A stretch of DNA of 64,000 nt from an uncultured Vicinamibacteraceae bacterium (GCA_964591245.1 CAZPZZ010000002.1:2896-66895), one strand, 5' to 3'. Positions 37,414 to 46,599 are shown, numbered from the stretch's first letter. The notes: a model not told the origin generated them from the letters alone. Numbers and translations are program-made.

Positions 37414-38835
37414 ATGACGGACGCGACACAACTGGCGGTTATCGGAGGGGGACCTGGGGGATATGCGGCAGCGTTTCTGGCTGCGGATCTGGGGCTGAAG
37501 GTTGCGTTGATTGACGAGGCAGCCAACCCGGGTGGCGTCTGTTTGTATCGCGGATGCATGCCATCAAAAGCGCTGTTGCACGTTGCCAAGGTGTTGACTG
37601 AGGCGAGTGAGGCGGAGGCGTGGGGAATCCGCTTCGGTGACCCGTCTATTGATCTCGAACGCCTGCGAGCCTGGAAGGACGGAGTGGTGGGGCGTTTGAC
37701 CGGCGGTTTGGGACAACTCAGTACCCAGCGGGGCGTGACATATCTCCAGGGGCGAGCTGAACTTCTGGGGCCGCGGTCCGTTCGAGTGGTTGCCGGTGAT
37801 GGTACGGCGCGAGAGTTGACGTTCGAACACGGGATTCTCGCGACCGGATCACGACCGGCGACACCGGCGGCCTTGTCGCTTGAAAGTGACTGCGTCTGGG
37901 ACTCAACTCGTGCGCTCGACATGGCGTCGATTCCTGATTCATTGCTTATTGTGGGCGGTGGTTACATCGGGCTCGAACTAGGGTCCGTTTACGCTGCCTT
38001 GGGGACGGCGGTTACCGTTGTTGAGATGACGGCTGGCCTGCTGCCAGGAACAGATCGTGACCTCACGGCAGTAGTGGCGCGGCGACTCGAGGCGTCGTGT
38101 GAGGAAGTGCTCCTGGAGACGACGGTCGCGGGATTGGTGGACGAGGGCGACCGGATCAGGGTGACCCTAGAAGGAAAGGACGTGCCGCCGCGAGAGCAGT
38201 GTTTCGACCGTGTGTTGGTCGCCGTGGGACGGGTGCCGAATTCTGAAATTGCGGGGCTGGAACGAACCACCATCCAACGCGATGGGCGTGGCTTTGTGGT
38301 GGTCGATGGCCAGCGACGGACGGATGAACCAACACTCTTCGCAGTTGGAGATCTTGTTGGTGAGCCGATGTTGGCGCACAAGGCGAGTCATGAGGCCCGG
38401 ACGGCCGTGGAGGCGATTGTTGGCCGCCAGGCGGTGTTCGAACCGGCGGCGATACCGGCCGTGGTCTTCACTGACCCCGAGATTGCATGGTGCGGCCTTA
38501 CCGAGGCGCAGGCGTCAGCCGAGGGTCGCGCGGTTCAGGTGTGTCGTTTTCCCTGGGCGGCATCTGGCCGGGCCGTCACTGTAGACCGACCAGCGGGGCT
38601 GACGAAACTGATTGTGGATCGGGAGTCCGAAGAGATTCTCGGTGTCGGCATTGTCGGGAGCGGAGCCGGAGAGCTGATTGCGGAGGGAGTTGTGGCGATG
38701 GAAATGGGTGCTACGGCGTCGGATCTACGTCTCTGTATTCATCCGCATCCCACGTTGTCTGAGACGCTGATGGAGTCAGCCGAAGTCTTCTTTGGGCAGA
38801 GTACCCATGTGTATCGACCTAAGCGATCCCGCTAG
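37414..38835 (+). CDS. lpdA: Dihydrolipoyl dehydrogenase (E3)
   Basis: VIGGGPGGYAAAFLAADLG is the FAD-binding segment. GGVCLYRGCMPSKALL is the redox-active CxxxxC. IVGGGYIGLELGSVY is the NAD-binding segment. HPHPTLSE is the C-terminal interface His-Glu. Confidence 0.9.
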   Translation: MTDATQLAVIGGGPGGYAAAFLAADLGLKVALIDEAANPGGVCLYRGCMPSKALLHVAKVLTEASEAEAWGIRFGDPSIDLERLRAWKDGVVGRLTGGLGQLSTQRGVTYLQGRAELLGPRSVRVVAGDGTARELTFEHGILATGSRPATPAALSLESDCVWDSTRALDMASIPDSLLIVGGGYIGLELGSVYAALGTAVTVVEMTAGLLPGTDRDLTAVVARRLEASCEEVLLETTVAGLVDEGDRIRVTLEGKDVPPREQCFDRVLVAVGRVPNSEIAGLERTTIQRDGRGFVVVDGQRRTDEPTLFAVGDLVGEPMLAHKASHEARTAVEAIVGRQAVFEPAAIPAVVFTDPEIAWCGLTEAQASAEGRAVQVCRFPWAASGRAVTVDRPAGLTKLIVDRESEEILGVGIVGSGAGELIAEGVVAMEMGATASDLRLCIHPHPTLSETLMESAEVFFGQSTHVYRPKRSR

Positions 38836-39805
38836 TCCGGCCCATGCTACTCGTACCGGTTGCCTCTAGGGCGTCGGCCTGTTCGTGTGCATGGTACGAG
38901 CTTCGCACCAGTGGGCCCGACTCAACGTGGCCAAACCCTAGGTCTGTGGCGATGTCTTTGAGAGCCGAAAACTCGTCCGGGTGGTAGAAGCGGGCGACAG
39001 GCAAGTGGGCCAGTGAGGGGCGGAGGTACTGGCCGATTGTCACGATGTTACAGTCGGTTTTCCGGAGATCGCGCAGGGCTTGGTTCAATTCCTCCCACGA
39101 TTCACCCAGACCAACCATTAGGCCAGATTTTGTTGTTAGCCGGGGCTCCCGTTGTCCTGCGCGCCGAAGGAGGTCGAGGGCGCGAGCATAGTTTCCACCG
39201 GGACGAGCCCGACGGTACAAACTCTGCACTGTTTCGAGGTTGTGGTTCAGCACGTCCGGGTGAGCGGCGAGCACTGTTTCCAGTGACTCCGGGGAGCCAC
39301 CAAAGTCTGGCACAAGTGTTTCGATACGGCAGGAGGGTCTACGGGACCGGACCGCATGAATCGTGTCCGCGAAGATACCGGCGCCTCCGTCGGGTAGGTC
39401 ATCACGGTCGACCGAAGTGATCACCACATAATCGAGTGCAAGCGTTGACACGGCATGAGCGATTCGCGCTGGTTCGTTGGTGTCGACCTGGGCAGGTTGG
39501 CCGTGTTCGACGTTACAGTAGGCGCACGCCCGCGTGCAGATGCTGCCGAGGATCATGAAGGTTGCCGTGCCGTGATCCCAACACTCTCCGATGTTTGGGC
39601 AATTCGCTTCCTCGCAGACCGTGTGGAGGGAGCTCTCACGAACCAGCTGCTTGAGGCGCAAGTAGCCGGGGCTGCCGGGTGATTTGACCTTGAGCCATCG
39701 TGGTTTGCGTCCCGCCGGTAATGGTTCCCCGCGGATTCGGCGGCCTCGATAGAACGTAGCGGGGGCCGTGACGATATCACCCGCGGAACTGTCCGTTCTC
39801 GTCAT
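38819..39805 (-). CDS. lipA: Lipoyl synthase
   Basis: KPRWLKVKSP, HTVCEEANCPNIGECW (auxiliary cluster), CTRACAYCNV (radical-SAM CxxxCxxC) and the C-terminal VRSSYHA are LipA signatures. Start placed at ATG 39805 (MTRTDSS). Confidence 0.9.
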   Translation of the reverse strand: MTRTDSSAGDIVTAPATFYRGRRIRGEPLPAGRKPRWLKVKSPGSPGYLRLKQLVRESSLHTVCEEANCPNIGECWDHGTATFMILGSICTRACAYCNVEHGQPAQVDTNEPARIAHAVSTLALDYVVITSVDRDDLPDGGAGIFADTIHAVRSRRPSCRIETLVPDFGGSPESLETVLAAHPDVLNHNLETVQSLYRRARPGGNYARALDLLRRAGQREPRLTTKSGLMVGLGESWEELNQALRDLRKTDCNIVTIGQYLRPSLAHLPVARFYHPDEFSALKDIATDLGFGHVESGPLVRSSYHAHEQADALEATGTSSMGRTSGIA

Positions 39806-39906
39806 ACGGCGATGGTAACGCCTGGCTCGAGAACCATGCAATGGTGTGAAACGTTCAGGGTCGAGTAGAATGCCCGCGCTTTCGAGATGAATGAACGGAT
39901 GAGAAT

Positions 39907-40260
39907 GTGACTGAGAAGGACTGCCCCAAGCGGACGTTTACCCTGACAGAGGCGCAACAGGCTTTACACGAGGTCCGGGCTCTCACTGAGCGTGCGGTTT
40001 CCGAAGTGGAGCGCCTTTCGGCAGATATTCAACAGATGGCGGAGACGGATCCGGCGAGGACGGTTACGGCCAAAGAACTCGATGCCGTGGTGGTGGCCTG
40101 GACCGGCGAGGTGCAGGTCATGGGCGTGGAAGTAAAGGGGCTGTGGTTGGTCGATTTCGACAACGGTGACGGTTATTATTGCTGGCGATACCCAGAAGCC
40201 TCAATCCTTCACTACCACGGGTACGACGAAGGTTTTACAGGGAGGATGAAGATTGTCTGA
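39907..40260 (+). CDS. DUF2203 domain-containing protein
   Basis: GTG start. FTLTEAQQALHEVRALTE and GVEVKGLWLVDFDNGDGYYCWRYPEASILHYHGYDEGFTGR match my recollection of DUF2203. Confidence 0.65.
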   Translation: MTEKDCPKRTFTLTEAQQALHEVRALTERAVSEVERLSADIQQMAETDPARTVTAKELDAVVVAWTGEVQVMGVEVKGLWLVDFDNGDGYYCWRYPEASILHYHGYDEGFTGRMKIV

Positions 40261-40403
40261 GATGTTCCCGACTTGAATGGAACCACTCGGGCGCGGTATC
40301 CTCTTAGGGCGGTCGCGGAATAGTCCGCATTCGCTTTGTGATAGCTCGTGAATACAACAGTCTTCGCTGTTGCGGCGGCAGGGCGAACGAGACGGAGGGC
40401 TTG

Positions 40404-40667
40404 ATGGCATACACGATTTGTGAACCCTGTGTGGGGACCAAGGATACGGCCTGCGTGGACGTGTGCCCTGTGGATTGCATCCACCCGCGCAAGGATGAAG
40501 AAGAGTTCGAGGCTGAAACGATGCTCTACATTCATCCAGATGAATGTATTGACTGTGGTGCGTGCGTACCGGCCTGTCCGGTGGAAGCCATTTTTGAAAA
40601 TGACGAAGTCCCGGAACAGTGGCAGAGTTTCATTGAAACCAATGCCACGTGGTTCGAGGGCAAGTAG
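40404..40667 (+). CDS. fdxA: 7Fe ferredoxin, FdxA type ([3Fe-4S][4Fe-4S])
   Basis: MAYTICEPCVGTKDTACVDVCPVDCIH...IHPDECIDCGACVPACPVEAIF aligns by eye along its length with Azotobacter-type ferredoxin I. Start at ATG 40404. Confidence 0.85.
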   Translation: MAYTICEPCVGTKDTACVDVCPVDCIHPRKDEEEFEAETMLYIHPDECIDCGACVPACPVEAIFENDEVPEQWQSFIETNATWFEGK

Positions 40668-40682
40668 CCGGGTGATGCGTCA

Positions 40683-41219
40683 ATGGGGCTAATCGAACAT
40701 CGCTTCGAAGATAATTTCATTACCACCAATCTTGACAAGGTGCTGAACTGGGCCCGTCAGTCTTCCCTTTGGCCGATGGGGTTTGGTTTGGCGTGCTGTG
40801 CCATCGAGATGATGGCCACCTCCGCGTCTCGTTTTGATATCGCACGGTTCGGAGCTGAAGTGTTCCGGGCGTCTCCCAGGCAGGCCGATCTCATGATCGT
40901 GGCCGGGACCGTCACCAAGAAGATGGCTCCCGTGCTTCGGCGGTTGTATGATCAAATGCCGGAGCCCAAGTGGGTCATCTCGATGGGGAGCTGTTCGAAT
41001 GCCGGTGGGCCTTTTCCAACCTACTCTGTGCTGCAGGGGGTCGATAAGGTTGTGCCGGTCGACGTCTACGTTTCCGGATGTCCGCCCCGGCCGGAGGCTC
41101 TGTTGTATGGGCTCATGCGACTCCAAGACAAGATACGCCGCGAGAATACGGTGCTTCGCAAGGAGCGCGTCGTGATGGCGGGGCAGACAGAGCCGATTCT
41201 CGTCGAAGATCGAGGGTAG
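40683..41219 (+). CDS. nuoB: NADH-quinone oxidoreductase subunit B (NuoB/PSST homologue)
   Basis: [53 protein letters not shown] and [11 protein letters not shown] are present. All four cysteines of the N2 cluster are retained. Confidence 0.9.
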   Translation: MGLIEHRFEDNFITTNLDKVLNWARQSSLWPMGFGLACCAIEMMATSASRFDIARFGAEVFRASPRQADLMIVAGTVTKKMAPVLRRLYDQMPEPKWVISMGSCSNAGGPFPTYSVLQGVDKVVPVDVYVSGCPPRPEALLYGLMRLQDKIRRENTVLRKERVVMAGQTEPILVEDRG

Positions 41220-41223
41220 CCGC

Positions 41224-41694
41224 GTGCAGCAGCTGTCGAAGTTCCTTCGGATGGTATTTTTGGTTGACCTCGTCAAGGGGTTGCTGGTTACGCTTAGGTA
41301 TACTCCCCAGCCCGCGTTTACGTTCCAGTATCCTGCCGAACGGCGCCCTGTTGCTCCCCGCTTCCGGGGTGTCCTGCGGCTCCAGGTGGAGCCGGAGACG
41401 GGTGCTCAGACGTGCATCGTGTGCGATCAATGTGCGAAAGCCTGCCCTGATGAGTTGATTTTTCTTGGTGGGCACCGTGAGCCAGGGCACAAGATCAAAG
41501 TCCTCGATTTTTTCGACTTCAATCTTTCTCGCTGTAGTTTCTGCGGTTTGTGCTCAGAAGTCTGCCCGACGAAGCCCGTGAAAGCCCTCATCATGAGTGA
41601 GGACTACGAGCTGGGCAGCTACAACCGACAGAAGCAGATACTGAGGGTGGACGACATGTACGATGGTGTCGCCATCGAGCAGTACACCCGCTGA
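41224..41694 (+). CDS. nuoI: NADH-quinone oxidoreductase subunit I (NuoI/TYKY homologue)
   Basis: GTG start lies 4 nt after the nuoB stop. YPAERRPVAPRFRG is present. There are two 4Fe-4S motifs, CIVCDQCAKACP and CSFCGLCSEVCP. Confidence 0.85.
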   Translation: MQQLSKFLRMVFLVDLVKGLLVTLRYTPQPAFTFQYPAERRPVAPRFRGVLRLQVEPETGAQTCIVCDQCAKACPDELIFLGGHREPGHKIKVLDFFDFNLSRCSFCGLCSEVCPTKPVKALIMSEDYELGSYNRQKQILRVDDMYDGVAIEQYTR

Positions 41695-41765
41695 ACCTTT
41701 ACACTGCACACTGCGCCGGGCCTCTTTCCGGTATCCTGTCTGGCGTCGTGCCGCTGGAGGTGGAT

Positions 41766-43271
41766 ATGCGACTCTCGTTGCGCACCGTCGGGATGGTGAT
41801 GGCGAGCGTACTCGCGGTACAAGTCTTTCTCGGTGCACAGTTAGGGCCAGACACGGCCCGGAGTGAGACTAGGCTTCAACTCGCAAACTTGCTGTTTGAC
41901 GACCAACGGTACTGGGAAGCGATTCCCGTCTTCGACGATGCAAAGGACGACGCTTCGTCGGACCAGTTCATTCGTGCTTCGGTCGGCTTGCTTGGAGCGC
42001 TGCTGCAGGTTGCGGAGTTTACCCGTGCACAAGCCGAAGCGGAGGTTCTCAGACGGTTGGCGCCGGGGGATCCTGAAGCATTAGCACTTGTGGGTGATGC
42101 GTTATGGGCGGGCGGACTCTTCGACGAGGCCGAAGAGATCTATCGCGATGTCTTGACGCTTGATCCAGAGTCTGGCAGTGGAAGAAACGGCGTCGCAAGA
42201 AGTCTTGCGACCCGGCACGAACTCGAGGATGCGCTGGGTTGGGCGCAAGCTGCCATTGTGGTGGAACCGGAAGCCGCCATATTCCATCATACGCTTGGCC
42301 ATATCTATCAGCGGATGCGCCAATTTCCACCCGCGGCTGATGCCTACCAGCGTTACGTCGATTTACTTCCCACCGCCACGAACCTGGAGAAGGCGGAATG
42401 GGCTCGCGCGGAAGTTCAATTCTTGCGTTCATTTGGAGACCGGCCAGCGATGGAACTGGCCGAACCTGGTGTCGTTCACACGATTCCGTTCAGACTCATC
42501 CGAGACAAGGTTGTTGTTCGTGGTCGTGTGAACGGCGGCGAGGTTATTGATTTTGTGATGGATACCGGGGCGGAGCAGACGGTGCTCTCGCAACCCGTGG
42601 CTCAGCGTCTCGGGGTTCAACCGATTTCGAATACTCTCAGCGCAGGGGTTGGTGAGGTGGGGTTGCGCGGGCTGCAGGTGGGACGACTGGAGTCGCTAGA
42701 AGTGGGATCGCTGCGCGTGAGCAATCTTCCGACATTGATCAAGAGTCCGCCTCTCGGCGGGCTGCCAACTCCGGAAGCGGAGGGTTTTTCCCCGCTTGCG
42801 CTCGGCCTGTCGATGACCGTGGATTACGATCGTCAGGAACTTATTATTGGAGAGGAACTTCCGGAGGAGCCGTTCGATGTCGCGTTGCCGCTTCGGCAGC
42901 ACCGGCTCACCGTTGTGCGAGGTGTCGTTGATGGGCAGTACCCTCGAAGCTTTGTCGTCGATACTGGTGGCGAAGTGATATCTATCAGTCAGGGGACGGC
43001 CAATCTGCTGCCGCCGCTGTCGGTGCGTCGGGTGCCGGTACGGGTGTACGGCACCTCGGGATGGGATGCTGAAGCGTATGTTCGCCCGGGAACCAATCTG
43101 GCGTTCAATCAACTCCTCTACCGTAATCATTCAGTCGTCGTCTTGAACCTGCACCGGCCGAGCGCGTTGCTCGGTTTTCATATCGGCGGGATCGTGGGAC
43201 ACGCGTTCCTCAGTAACTATCGCGTCACGTTTGATCTGAACCGCAGTTTGTTGAAGCTACAACAACTCTGA
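41766..43271 (+). CDS. Exported TPR-repeat protein with two tandem retropepsin-like aspartic protease domains
   Basis: Signal-like N-terminus MRLSLRTVGMVMASVLAVQVFLGAQ, followed by TPR-like helices. FVMDTGAEQTVLS has its DTG codons at 42561-42569. FVVDTGGEVISIS has its DTG codons at 42960-42968. Confidence 0.7.
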   Translation: MRLSLRTVGMVMASVLAVQVFLGAQLGPDTARSETRLQLANLLFDDQRYWEAIPVFDDAKDDASSDQFIRASVGLLGALLQVAEFTRAQAEAEVLRRLAPGDPEALALVGDALWAGGLFDEAEEIYRDVLTLDPESGSGRNGVARSLATRHELEDALGWAQAAIVVEPEAAIFHHTLGHIYQRMRQFPPAADAYQRYVDLLPTATNLEKAEWARAEVQFLRSFGDRPAMELAEPGVVHTIPFRLIRDKVVVRGRVNGGEVIDFVMDTGAEQTVLSQPVAQRLGVQPISNTLSAGVGEVGLRGLQVGRLESLEVGSLRVSNLPTLIKSPPLGGLPTPEAEGFSPLALGLSMTVDYDRQELIIGEELPEEPFDVALPLRQHRLTVVRGVVDGQYPRSFVVDTGGEVISISQGTANLLPPLSVRRVPVRVYGTSGWDAEAYVRPGTNLAFNQLLYRNHSVVVLNLHRPSALLGFHIGGIVGHAFLSNYRVTFDLNRSLLKLQQL

Positions 43272-43284
43272 GCGTGGGACGGAA

Positions 43285-43356
43285 CTGCGTTCGGGACGCG
43301 GTCGTATGAGTTCCCGAACAACGCAGCCCGGGAACTCCGTCTTGTCGGAGCCGGGG
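43285..43356. terminator. Two adjacent GC-rich hairpins between convergent genes (possible bidirectional terminator)
   Basis: Hairpin 1 pairs CTGCGTTCGGGAC (43285-43297) with GTTCCCGAACAACGCAG (43310-43326), with a 2-nt bulge. Hairpin 2 pairs CCCGGGAACTCCG (43327-43339) with CGGAGCCGGGG (43346-43356) imperfectly. Neither is followed by a U-tract, so terminator function is only suggested by position. Confidence 0.25.
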
Positions 43357-43476
43357 ACGGCCAAGTCATCGCCCATCTCTATAGAGAGGGAGCGCTCTGA
43401 AAACTCCCGGTGGTCTCACTGCCGGCCAGCGTCTCTAGCCCTGTTCGAGGGTCGGGTTCCCCTTCACCGCGTCACA

Positions 43477-46400
43477 TCAAAAATCGTATCCCATCCAGAA
43501 GTCGAATCGAGACTGTCTGAATGCGTCGCTGCCACCTTGACTGGCAAATAACACGTCTTCCCACTCGCGGTTGAAGAGTGTGGGCCATGACCAGTCGAAG
43601 TGGAATGGGATGCCGATTAATGACGTCGTGAGCCCGAGGCCATACGAGGCCCGGCCATTCATCAGTCGGAAACCTGACACCGTGACGGGGGGGCCTCCTA
43701 CTGGCGCAAAATTTCCTGTCTCCGGGTCGAACGCGTAGCCAATCGTCGGATTGTAGGTTTCCGCGTCTCGCGAGAAGAAGGTAAAGGGTTGCCCGTTGAG
43801 ACTGGCTCCACCGGCGTTGAAGAAAAACGTACCGCGGATGCCGCCGAGGACCCCGATTGGGGTAAGCATGGCTTCTACTAATGGGAATCGCAGCTCGGCG
43901 TTGAAGAAGCCGCCTTTGTGGCCGATGAATTCGAGATATTCATAGCCGCGCATTTCGGAGTTTCCCCCGAAATACACGAAATCTGGGAACTGGCCATAAC
44001 TTTTGAATCCGCGCCCTCGAACGGCGAAGACCCCAGTTTCACCGATGCGCTTGTAGTAGCGAGCGTCGGCATCGAGGGTCTGCTTGCCCAGGAACATCGT
44101 GCCTACAGAGGGTGCATATTGGTATCCGAATCGCATCGTGTTGCCAGAGACTGGACCGAACTCTCGGAACACTGTGGTCTCCTGCACGAACGAGACACCG
44201 ACGGGTATCGATGCCCCGTTTCGAAAGAGTTGTGTTCCGTATTGGTTCTCCTGGAACTGTCGCGACTGGTCGGCGAGGCCCTGGTTGTTGAAGCGTTCGT
44301 TGAAATGGAACATGCCCCCGGTGAGTTCGATCCGCCGGAATCGGTCGAAGGGGTAGATTCCGAATACGTTCCCGCCACGTACGGTCTGCACGGCAAGGGC
44401 GTCATCCCGATTCAGAAAACCCAACCCTGGACCGAAGAGGCCCGCTTGGCCATAAAAAAATGATTCTTGTGAGAAACCCTGTGCCGCGAATTGGAAGCGG
44501 CCGCTCAGATTCGCGTAGGACCCAGCGAACGTCCGATACTGGGAGATTGAATACGCGAAGAGAGTGAAATTTTGGTCTCCAAGCACGTCACTGAACGAGA
44601 TCGAGGTGCCGCCCAGAAGATCGCCGCCGCTAGTGGCTCCGACTTGTACCGGCGGGCGGCCATCGAGAAACATTTTTTCGAAACGGCCCTTGCGCCGGTT
44701 ATTGGCGGCAATGAGATTGTGTGTCAGTGGTGCCTGGAAATCGATGGTTGGTCCGGGAGAGCCAAAGTCGCTGGTCGAGGCGGTATAAAGTGGCTCGTCT
44801 CGTACTAGCGTGTGGACCCCGTACTCACCTCTGAAATAGGTAATGAACCCGATTCGTACCTCATCGTCACCAGGCAGTACGATGGTCGACACGTTGCCGG
44901 TTGCGGTGTCGGTGTATTGCCGGAGTTCGCCGGTGTTGAGATCGAGGGTCCAGATGTTGTAGATCTCGCCGTTGGCGGCCATTTCGGTGTCTATGGGGGC
45001 GAAAGGGTCGGTGGCGGTCGAGGCGAACGCGAGCGTTTCGTCGTCGAGAAACTGTGCTGCCGCTTCGTCGAAGGTGCCGAATGTCAGTTGAGTCTTCTCT
45101 TTGGTGGCCAGGTCAAGTTTGAACAGTTTGTTGTTCCCACTGATCCGCGCGAGGTAGACGAGGTAGGAGCCGTCTGGCGCATAGGTGGGCGCGTAGTCGG
45201 CGAACTCGTCGTTCGTGAGATTCGTAACCTCGCGGGTTTCGAGATCGAGCTCGTAGATATCTCCTACGGCATCGTCAAGCGCAGAAAACACGACCGTCCG
45301 TCCGTCTGGAGAGAAATCTGGCGATTCGGGTTCGTCGACCATTTCCAAATCGATTAAGTCTTCAACGTCTCGGGTGATGACGTTCTGGATCATGAGCGAC
45401 CGATACTTTCCCTTGCGCACGAAATACGCTAGCCGGTCGTCCGTCGGTGACCAGGACATCCAGGGAATAGAGTTCCATCGGGCGCCTGGAATTGAGATCG
45501 ACTCGAATCCATAGTCCTGGTTGAAGCCCTCGGTCAGATTGTGCACAACCTCACCGTCTTCACTCGACATGAGTACGATGTCGATTTCTCGGTCCTTGCG
45601 ATTCTGCACATAGGCTGCGATCAAATCGCCAGAGAGTGAGGGCTCGATAGAGACGACGGCCATCCATTGCGTTTGCAACGGGTCTGGCGCTAGATCTCGG
45701 CCGTAGTCATCTGGCCGCTCCTTGTCTCGAAACGCTTGAAACCGACGACGAATGTACGACTCAAACTCTGAGTCGAATTCTTCGGCTGGAATGTCGAAGG
45801 CCTCCTCGTAAATATCGCCGCCGCCTCCGACTGCGGTCCTTCGCAAGGCGAATAGAAACTCTCGGACGCCTTCCTTTCCCCACTGTTCCTCGATGAACTC
45901 GAATGCAGCGTGCCCGAGGTTGTAGACAACACGGAGATTCGTGAATCCGCCGTAGCGCTCGAATTCGCTCATCCTGGGTAGGATGTCTGAAAGAGCGGCA
46001 TCGCGGACCGACATGAGGTCGAGTGGTCGCCAGACGCCGGCCATGTAATCGGCCAAGCCTTCGTCGACCCACAGAGGAATGTTTCGTCGAATTACCGATC
46101 GCGGAATGATGTCAAACGCGAACTGGTGCGTAAGTTCGTGCGTGATCAAGCGGTAGAGTTGATCAGGCGGTTCATCGATCGGCAGCGCGATTCGCTGGCG
46201 GAATGGTTCCGCAAATGCACCGACGCCTTCTGAGACTGCTCCCGGAATGATGTTCTGTTGTTCGAACTCGCTGTGCGTCTTGAAGACGACGAGTGGGACG
46301 AGATTAGCGAGGTCATGCGTGAGGTCTGCGCTAACCTGCGCGTAGGCGCTTTCGGCGTAACTCGCAACGCGCTCGAGATGCCCCTCTAACTCCGGGTAGT

Positions 46401-46599
46401 AAAAGATTTCAAAGTGGTCGGTTTCATAGATGTGCCACTCGAAGTCGTCGTATTTGACCCTGTTCTTTCCGTAGTAGGGATTGAACTGTGTGCCTGCCTG
46501 ACTGAAGGAGTCGGTGGTGAAGCTGAGCGTCAGGATTAGGGCCAGACCAGGAATGGTCAGGATCCGGAGGGCTCTGCGCCAGAAAGCCGTGGAACTCAT
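43477..46599 (-). CDS. Outer-membrane protein: peptidase-MA-like gluzincin domain, PD40/TolB-like beta-propeller repeats and an Omp85 (surface antigen D15) beta-barrel
   Basis: Signal peptide MSSTAFWRRALRILTIPGLALILTLSFTTDSFSQA. HELTH is encoded at 46126-46140, and WVDEGLADY follows 22 residues after it. PD40-like repeats are present (SPDGRTVVFSA, APDGSYLVYLA). The C-terminal barrel segments FGGNSEMRGYEY...NAELRFPL...YGLGL...FHFDWSWP end in ...WMGYDF with a terminal aromatic residue. Confidence 0.75.
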   Translation of the reverse strand: MSSTAFWRRALRILTIPGLALILTLSFTTDSFSQAGTQFNPYYGKNRVKYDDFEWHIYETDHFEIFYYPELEGHLERVASYAESAYAQVSADLTHDLANLVPLVVFKTHSEFEQQNIIPGAVSEGVGAFAEPFRQRIALPIDEPPDQLYRLITHELTHQFAFDIIPRSVIRRNIPLWVDEGLADYMAGVWRPLDLMSVRDAALSDILPRMSEFERYGGFTNLRVVYNLGHAAFEFIEEQWGKEGVREFLFALRRTAVGGGGDIYEEAFDIPAEEFDSEFESYIRRRFQAFRDKERPDDYGRDLAPDPLQTQWMAVVSIEPSLSGDLIAAYVQNRKDREIDIVLMSSEDGEVVHNLTEGFNQDYGFESISIPGARWNSIPWMSWSPTDDRLAYFVRKGKYRSLMIQNVITRDVEDLIDLEMVDEPESPDFSPDGRTVVFSALDDAVGDIYELDLETREVTNLTNDEFADYAPTYAPDGSYLVYLARISGNNKLFKLDLATKEKTQLTFGTFDEAAAQFLDDETLAFASTATDPFAPIDTEMAANGEIYNIWTLDLNTGELRQYTDTATGNVSTIVLPGDDEVRIGFITYFRGEYGVHTLVRDEPLYTASTSDFGSPGPTIDFQAPLTHNLIAANNRRKGRFEKMFLDGRPPVQVGATSGGDLLGGTSISFSDVLGDQNFTLFAYSISQYRTFAGSYANLSGRFQFAAQGFSQESFFYGQAGLFGPGLGFLNRDDALAVQTVRGGNVFGIYPFDRFRRIELTGGMFHFNERFNNQGLADQSRQFQENQYGTQLFRNGASIPVGVSFVQETTVFREFGPVSGNTMRFGYQYAPSVGTMFLGKQTLDADARYYKRIGETGVFAVRGRGFKSYGQFPDFVYFGGNSEMRGYEYLEFIGHKGGFFNAELRFPLVEAMLTPIGVLGGIRGTFFFNAGGASLNGQPFTFFSRDAETYNPTIGYAFDPETGNFAPVGGPPVTVSGFRLMNGRASYGLGLTTSLIGIPFHFDWSWPTLFNREWEDVLFASQGGSDAFRQSRFDFWMGYDF

